Assembly: GCA_038087875.1 (NCBI GenBank)
Contig: JAXLNO010000658.1
Location: forward strand, 1 to 43,242
From: Malacoraja senta
Lineage: Eukaryota
DNA length: 43,242 nt
Direction of reading: 5' to 3'
The position numbers and the translations under genes are program-made. The notes beneath the pieces were generated by a model. The model was not told the DNA's origin. It saw nothing but the letters and a program-made list of their open reading frames with translations, and did not search any database. This document shows positions 36,498-43,242 of this stretch, in pieces. Position 1 is the first letter of the stretch, and each line of letters starts with the position of its first letter.

Positions 36498-37250
36498 CCC
36501 CCTCTCTTTCACTCTCTCCACCTCTTTCTCTCTCTCCCCACTCTCTTTCTCCCTCTTTCTCTCTCTCCCCTCTCTCCCCCTCTCTCTATCCCCCTCTCTC
36601 TCTCTCTCCCCTCTCTCTTCCCCCCCTCTCTCTCTCCCCTCTCTCTCTCCCTCCCGCTCTCTCCCTCTCCCCCTTCTCTCTCTCTCCCACCTCTCTCTAT
36701 CTCTCTCCCCACTCTCTCATTCCCCCACCCCTGCTCCTCTCTCCCCCCCACTCTCTCTCTCCCCTCTCTCTCTCCCCTTCCCCCTCTCTCTGTCTCCCCC
36801 TCCCCTCCCCCCTCTCTCTCTCCCCCTCCCCCTCTCTCTCCCCCTCTCTCTCCTCTCTCGCTCTTCCCCTCTCTATCTCTCTCTCACCCCCCTCTCTCTC
36901 TCCCCCTCTCTCTCTCTCTCCCACCTGCTCTATCTCTCTCTCTCCCCACTCTCTCACTTCCCCTCCCCTGCTCTCTCTCCCCCGTTCTCTCTCTCTCCCC
37001 TCTCTCCCCTACTCTCTCTCCCCCACTCTCTCTCTCCTCTCTCTCTCCCCTCTCTCTCCCCCCTCTCTCTCCCCCTCCATCTCTCTCTCTCCCCTCCCTC
37101 TCTCTCTCCCCCTTCCTCACCCCACACCCTGCCCTCCCCACCCTTCCCTCCGTAAACCCCCTTCCCCCCGCCCTCCACACCCTCCCCTCCACCCCTCCTC
37201 TACCCCCTTCCCTCCACCCCCTCCCCTACCCCTCCACTACCCCCCTTCCC
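36281..37250. repeat. ~1-kb imperfect (CT)n/polypyrimidine tract (continuing 35600-35740)
   Basis: Directly visible. Confidence 0.97.
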
Positions 37251-37407
37251 TATTAATACAATATCAAGGGGGGTAGTTAGCGTATGTGGGGGGGGTATTT
37301 GGTTTGTGTGTGGGGGTGGTTAGTGTGTGTGATGCCGCATGCCGCCCTGCCCCCCCCCGCAAACCCGCATTGGAAGAACAGACCCAACGGGTCTGCACTT
37401 GGTTTAG

Positions 37408-39256
37408 TATACTTATGAGACTCTGATCTGATCTTTTCGTTTGTTCGCTTGTGAATCACATCTTCTCGAAAACCCGACGTGCTAATGGTGAAAATTTTAC
37501 ATATTCCGGTAGAGATTTACCTCTCTCGAAAATCGCCTCATCTGAAAATTTGGTTCATTATTTCTTCAGTTATTTCTTCAAATTCTTCACCATCTGCAGC
37601 TAAAGCTAACTGAAGCTGAAGCTAACGGGATGATGATGTCACAATGCCTCTGCTCCTCACGGCGAACTGCGCAGATTTTTCAAGGCGCAGCCAGCTGGCC
37701 ACTGTTTTCCTCGAGCTGCGAGTTACGTTCCCACTCCCCGCATAACTCGCACTCCGACGGCCAACCCGAGAGATGCTGAAGAACACCCGAGTGCAGCCGG
37801 CCGTAGCGTCCCTCACCGTCCCGCACCGCCCACAGCCCAGACGCCCAGCAGCCGTAACCCCCAGGGCTCTGGATTGAGAACCCGAGAAATGCCGAGGAGC
37901 AGCCGAGTGATGACGTCGCGAAGAGCGACACGCAGTATGCTCGCGCCTCGGCTCGGGGTTCCAGAGAGAATCCAAGAGCTTTGTACTTTGTACTCTCCAC
38001 TATAAACCCACTGACTCCCATGGCTATCTGGACTACACTTCTTCCCACCCTGCTTCCGGTAATGACTCCATCCTCTATTCCCAATTCCTCCGTCTACGCC
38101 GCATCTGCTCCCAGGATGAGGCGTTCCACACCAGGGCATTTGAAATGTCCTCATTCTTCAGGGAACGGGGGTTCCCCTCCTCCACCATAGATGAGGCTCA
38201 CACCTGGGTCTCTTCCATACCCTGCAACACTGCTCTTCTCCCCATCCCCCCACTCACAACAAGGGCAGAGTCCCCCTAGTCCTCACCTTTCACCCCACCA
38301 GCCGGCACATACAACAAGTGATCCTCCATCAGTTTCTCCACCTCCAACGTGGCCCCCACCACTCACCACATCTTCCCATCTCCCCCCATGTCTGCCTTCC
38401 GCAAAGACCGCTCCCTCCGTAAATCCCTTGTCAATTCTTCCCTTCCCTCCCGTGCCACCCCCTCCCCGGGCACTTTCCCTTGCAACCGCAAGAGATGCAA
38501 CACTTGTCCCTTTACCTCTCCCCTCTACTCCATTCAAGGACCCAAGCAGTCATTCCAGGTGCGACAGAGGTTCACCTGCATCTCCTCCAACTCATCTATT
38601 GCATCCGCTGCTCTAGATGTCAGCTGATCTACATCGGTGAGACAAGCGGAGGCTTGGCGATCGTTTCGCCGAACACCTCCGCTCGGTCCGCAATAACCAA
38701 CCTGACCTCCCGGTGGCTCAGCACTTCAACTCCCCCTCCCTTCCGTATCCGACCTCTCTGTCCTGGGTCTCCTCCATGGCCAGAGCGAGTAACACCGGAA
38801 ATTGGAGGAAATGCACCTCATATTCCGCTTGCGCAGTCTGCATCCTGGGGGCATGAACATTGAATTCTCCCAATTCTGCTAGCCCTTGCTGTCTCCTCCC
38901 CTTCTTCAGCCCTCGGGCTGCGTCCTCCCATCCCTCAGTCCTCGGGCTCCTCCTCCACCTTTTTCCTTTCTTCTCCCCATCCCCCATCAGTCTGAAGAAG
39001 GGTTTCGGCCCGAACCGTTGCCTATTTCCTTCGCTCCATAGATGCTGCTGCACCCGCTGAGTTTCTCCAGCATTTTGTGTACCATTGATTTTCCTGCATC
39101 TGCAGTTCCTTCTTAAAAGCTTTGTAATAGTGATGGGCCATGTACTACAGCTCTCTCTCTCTCTCTCCCCGGGCTTTCTCTGCTTTTCGCAGCACCCTCA
39201 CTCACCCGGCTCCCCTCCTCCTCTCCCCCCCCTCCACATCTCCCCCCCTCCTCTTC
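37408..39256 (+). mobile_element. Second, related Helitron-like element in tandem, interrupted by Penelope and CR1
   Basis: 37460-37520 resembles 34635-34690; 'tcacaatgcct' is shared; 39170-39225 resembles 35297-35350; 3' end not in the window. Confidence 0.6.
37985..39116 (+). mobile_element. Penelope-like element (RT C-terminus, GIY-YIG, terminal repeat), frameshifted
   Basis: YKPTDSHGYLDY..SHP; GTFPCNRKRCNTC; LIYCIRCSRCQLIYIGET; core ctgaagaagggtttcggcccgaacc at 38992. Confidence 0.9.
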
Positions 39257-39520
39257 ACATAGAAACATAGAAACATAGAAATTAGGTGCAGGAGTAGGCC
39301 ATTCGGCCCTTCGAGCCTGCACCGCCATTCAATATGATCATGGCTGATCATCCAACTCAGTATCCCGTACCTGCCTTCTCTCCCATACCCCCTGATCCCT
39401 TTAGCCACAAGGGCCACATCTAACTCCCTCTTAAATATAGCCAATGAACTGGCCTCAACTACCCTCTGTGGCAGAGAGTTCCAGAGGATTCACCCACTCT
39501 CTGTGTGAAAAAAGTTCTTC

Positions 39521-42400
39521 TCATCTCGGTTTTAAAGGATTTCCCCCCCCCAACATCGGGAGCAATCTTCCTGCATCTAGCCTGTCCAACCCCTTAAGAA
39601 TGTTGTAAGTTTTTATAAGATCCCCTCTCAATCTCCTAAATTCTAGAGAGTATAAACCAAATCTATCCAGTCTTTCTTCATAAGACAGTCCTGACATCCC
39701 AGGAATCAGTCTGGTGAACCTTCTCTGCACTCCCTCTATGGCAATAATGTCCTTCCTCAGATTTGGAGACCAAAACTGTACGCAATACTCCAGGTGTGGT
39801 ATCACCAAGACCCTGTACAACTGCAGTAGAACCTCCCTGCTCCTATACTCAAATCCTTTTGCTATGAAAGCTAACATACCATTCGCTTTCTTCACTGCCT
39901 GCTGCACCTGCATGCCTACTTTCAATGACTGGTGTACCATGACACCCAGGTCTCGCTGCATCTCCCCTTTTCCTAGTCGGCCACCATTTAGATAATAGTC
40001 TGCTTTCCTGTTTTTGCCACCAAAATGGATAACCTCACATTTATCCACATTATACTGCATCTGCCAAACATTTGCCCACTCACCCAACCTATCCAAATCA
40101 CCTTGCAGTCTCCTAGCATCCTCCTCACAGCTAACACAGCCCCCCAGCTTAGTGTCATCCGCAAACTTGGAGATATTGCATTCAATTCCCTCATGCAGGT
40201 CATTAATATATATTGTAAATAGCTGGGGTCCCAGCACTGAGCCTTGCGGTACCCCACTAGTCACTGCCTGCCATTGTGAAAAGGACCCGTTTACTCCTAC
40301 TCTTTGCTTCCTGTTTGCTAGCCAGTTCTCTATCCACATCAATACTGAACCCCCAATGCCACGTGCTTTAAGTTTGTATACTAATCTCTTATGTGGGACC
40401 TTGTCGAAAGCCTTCTGTAAGTCCAGATACACCACATCCACTGGTTCTCCCCTATCCACGCTACTAGTTACATCCTCGAAAAATTCTCTAAGATTCGTCA
40501 GACATGATTTACCTTTCGTAAATCCATGCTGACTTTGTCCAATGATTTCACCACTTTCCAAATGTGCTGCTATCCCATCTTTAATAACTGACTCTAGCAG
40601 TTTCCCCACTACCGATGTTAGACTAACTGGTCTGTAATTCCCCGTTTTCTCTCTCCCTCCCTTCTTAAAAAGTGGGGTTACGTTTGCTACCCGCCAATCC
40701 TCAGGAACTACTCCAGAATCTAAAGAGTTTTGAAAGATTATTACTAATGCATCCACTATTTCTGGAGCTACTTCCTTAAGTACTCTGGGATGCAGCCTAT
40801 CTGGCCCTGGGGATTTATCGGCCTTTAATCCATTCAATTTACCCAAAACCACTTCCCGACTAACCTGGATTTCACTCAATTCCTCCAACTCCTTTGACCC
40901 GCGGTCCCCTGCTATTTCCGGCAGATTATTTATGTCTTCCTTAGTGAAGACGGAACCAAAGTAGTTATTCAATTGGTCCGCCATATCCTTGTTCCCCATG
41001 ATCAACTCACCTGTTTCTGACTGCAAGGGACCTACATTTGTTTTAACTAATCTCTTTCTTTTTACATATCTATAAAAACCTTTGCAGTCAGTTTTTATGT
41101 TCCCTGCCAGTTTTCTTTCATAATCTATTTTTCCTTTCCTAATTAAGCCCTTTGTCCTCCTCTGCTGGTCTCTGAATTTCTCCCAGGGGCTAATTTGTAC
41201 GCATCATCCTTCGCTTTGATACCATCCCTGATTTCCCTTGTTATCCACGGATGCACTACCTTCCCTGATTTATTCTTTTGCCAAACTGGGATGAACAATT
41301 TTTGTAGTTCATCCATGCAGTCTTTAAATGTCTTCCATTGCATGTCCACCGTCAACCCTTTTAGAATTAATTGCCAGTCAATCTTGGCCAATTCACGTCT
41401 CATACCCTCAAAGTTACCTTTCTTTAAGTTCAGAACCATTGTTTCTGAATTAACAATGTCACTCTCCATCCTAATGAAGAACTCAACCATATTATGGTCA
41501 CTCTTGCCCAAGGGGGCACGTACAACAAGACTGCTAACTAACCCTTCCTCATTACTCAATACCCAGTCTAAAATATCCTGCTCTCTCGTTGGTTCCTCTA
41601 CATGTTGATTTAGATAACTATCCCGCATACATTCCAAGAAATCCTCTTCCTCAGCACCCCTGCCAATTTGATTCACCCAATCTATATGTGGACGCTGGCG
41701 CGGTTTCGTTGCCGCTGCTCTCTCCTGAAATTGTGCTTCTGATTTTCTTTTATGTGTTTTTGGAAGGAATTCTGTCCCTGATTTGTGTATTGGTCTTTAT
41801 AACTTTTTTTTTTTAATTCTGATTATATGTTTCCTATAAATCTCTGTAAGGTGTCGTTGAGACCTCGGTATAAGGCGCCCGTAAATAAAATTCATTATTA
41901 TTATTATTATTGAAGTCACCCATTATAACTGTTTTGCCTTTGTTGCACGCATTTCTAATTTCCTGTTTGATGCAATCCCCAACTTCACTCCTACTGCTAG
42001 GTGGCCTGTACACAACACCCACCAGCGTTTTCTGCCCCTTAGTGTTTCGCAGCTCTACCCATACCGATTCCACATCCTCCAAGCTAATGTCCTTCCTTTC
42101 CACTGCGTTAATCTCCTCTCTAACCAGCAACGCTACCCCACCTCCTTTTCCTTTCTCTCTATCCCTCCTGAATATTGAATATCCCTGGATGTTCAGCTCC
42201 CAGCCTTGGCCACCCTGGAGCCATGTCTCCGTGATCCCAACTATATCATAGTCATTAATAGCTATCTGCACATTCAACTCATCCACCTTATTACGAATGC
42301 TCCTTGCATTGAGACACAAAGCCTTCAGGCTTGTTTTTACAACACTCTTACCCCTTATACAATTATGTTGAAAAGTGGCCCTTTTTGATTTTTGCCCTGG
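39521..42400 (-). pseudogene. CR1 ORF2 (APE endonuclease + reverse transcriptase), disrupted
   Basis: LNARSI, GITETWL, VYRPP, GDFN, SDHN; KSPGPD, NYRPVSLTS, GVPQGSVLGP, FADD; broken by an insert at 41691-41909 and by small deletions near 41187 and 39548. Confidence 0.93.
41691..41909 (+). mobile_element. Short SINE-like insert with L2-type tail and (ATT)n
   Basis: Interrupts the CR1 GDFN|LHIDW motif; ends tgtaaggtgtcgttgag..aaggcgcccgtaaataaaattcattattattatt. Confidence 0.75.
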
Positions 42401-42552
42401 TTTTGTCTGTCTTCCACTTTTACTTTTCACCTTGCTACCTATTGCTTCTACCCTCATTTTACACTCCTCCGTCTCTACGCTCACACATTTAAGAAACCCT
42501 TTCCCTTTAACTCCATCCTCCACTATCCCATTCGACACCCCACCCCCCTTAT

Positions 42553-43236
42553 TCAGTTTAAAACCACCCGTGTAGCAGTGGCAAACCTGCCTGCCAGAAT
42601 GCTGGTCCCACACCTGTTAAGATGCAATCCGTCCCTTTTGTACAGTTCCCCCTTACCCCAAAACAGATCCCAGTGATCTAAGAATCTAAATCCCTGCCCC
42701 GTGCACCAGTTCCTGAGCCACACGTTCAGGTCCCGTATCTCCCTGTTCCTGCTCTTGCCAGCACGAGGAACTGGAAGCAAACCGGAGATAACAGCCCTGG
42801 AGGTCCTGCCTTTCAGCATTTTTCCGAGCTCTCTAAAGTCACGCTGCAGAATATTCATCCCCTTCTTTCCGACATCATTTGTGCCAACATGCACTACCAC
42901 TTCCGGATGTTCACCTTCGCCCTTGAGGATTTTCTGCACTCTGTCCGTGACATCCTGGATCCTGGCACCAGGAAGGCAGCACACCATCCTCGCATCCCGT
43001 CTGTTGCCACAGAAACCCCTGTCCGTACCTCTCACAATGGAGTCTCCCACTACAATGGCGTTGCCTGCCTTAGGCCTTTTTGGTTTTGGCTCAACAGCCC
43101 TATTCGCATCGCAAGCCAGTCCGCCGCTCAGTGTAAACACGTCTTCTGTCCCAACAGCTTCTAAGTGGGTGAACCTGTTCACAAGAGGTACAACACCCGG
43201 GGACGTTGGCATTCCATGCTTCCCTCCCTTTCTCAC
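42553..43236 (-). CDS. CR1 ORF1 C-terminal SGNH/GDSL esterase domain (5'-incomplete)
   Basis: GDSIVRG, CLPGA, VHVGTND and DGLHLN blocks in an uninterrupted frame. Confidence 0.92.
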   Translation of the reverse strand: MRKGGKHGMPTSPGVVPLVNRFTHLEAVGTEDVFTLSGGLACDANRAVEPKPKRPKAGNAIVVGDSIVRGTDRGFCGNRRDARMVCCLPGARIQDVTDRVQKILKGEGEHPEVVVHVGTNDVGKKGMNILQRDFRELGKMLKGRTSRAVISGLLPVPRAGKSRNREIRDLNVWLRNWCTGQGFRFLDHWDLFWGKGELYKRDGLHLNRCGTSILAGRFATATRVVLN

Positions 43237-43242
43237 CGTCTC

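Larger units (their letters stand above)
34516..37407 (+). mobile_element. Non-autonomous Helitron-like element with microsatellite expansion and nested Tx1 fragment
   Basis: 3' hairpin cagaccc-aac-gggtctg followed by cacttggtttag|t, resembling the 3' end at 20351-20374; 5' a|TC boundary approximate (34510 or 34516). Confidence 0.7.
39257..43242 (-). mobile_element. Near-full-length young CR1 LINE (5' end beyond the window)
   Basis: ORF1 esterase, ORF2 EN-RT, 3' UTR and (TTTCTATG)n tail. Confidence 0.97.

Noticed and set aside
36159..37276. 365-aa and 347-aa Ser/Leu/Pro-rich ORFs
   Set aside because: Translations of the (CT)n tract

Overview
Eukaryotic, repeat-dense DNA, most likely intronic or intergenic sequence from a cartilaginous fish such as a skate or ray. 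The taxon is inferred from HE1-type SINEs and CR1/Penelope families. No intact cellular gene is evident, and most ORFs in the track are spurious or transposon-derived. Mobile elements include: a near-full-length CR1 LINE (esterase ORF1 plus EN-RT ORF2, minus strand) and many CR1 fragments; Penelope-like elements with GIY-YIG remnants and recurrent minimal hammerhead-ribozyme cores; a complete but decayed hAT (CGGBP/DUF659-like) transposon with an 8-bp TSD; three non-autonomous Helitron-like elements, two of them in tandem and heavily nested; a TTAA-flanked MITE; a 1.8-kb foldback element with ~0.7-kb arms; a Tx1-type L1 fragment inside a (CT)n tract; and several SINEs. Between the repeats, a chain of about a dozen AG/GT-bounded, largely phase-compatible minus-strand exons (7.1-25 kb) spells an unidentified protein with scattered stops, a candidate unitary pseudogene. 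All family assignments come from motif recognition by eye, with no database searches.
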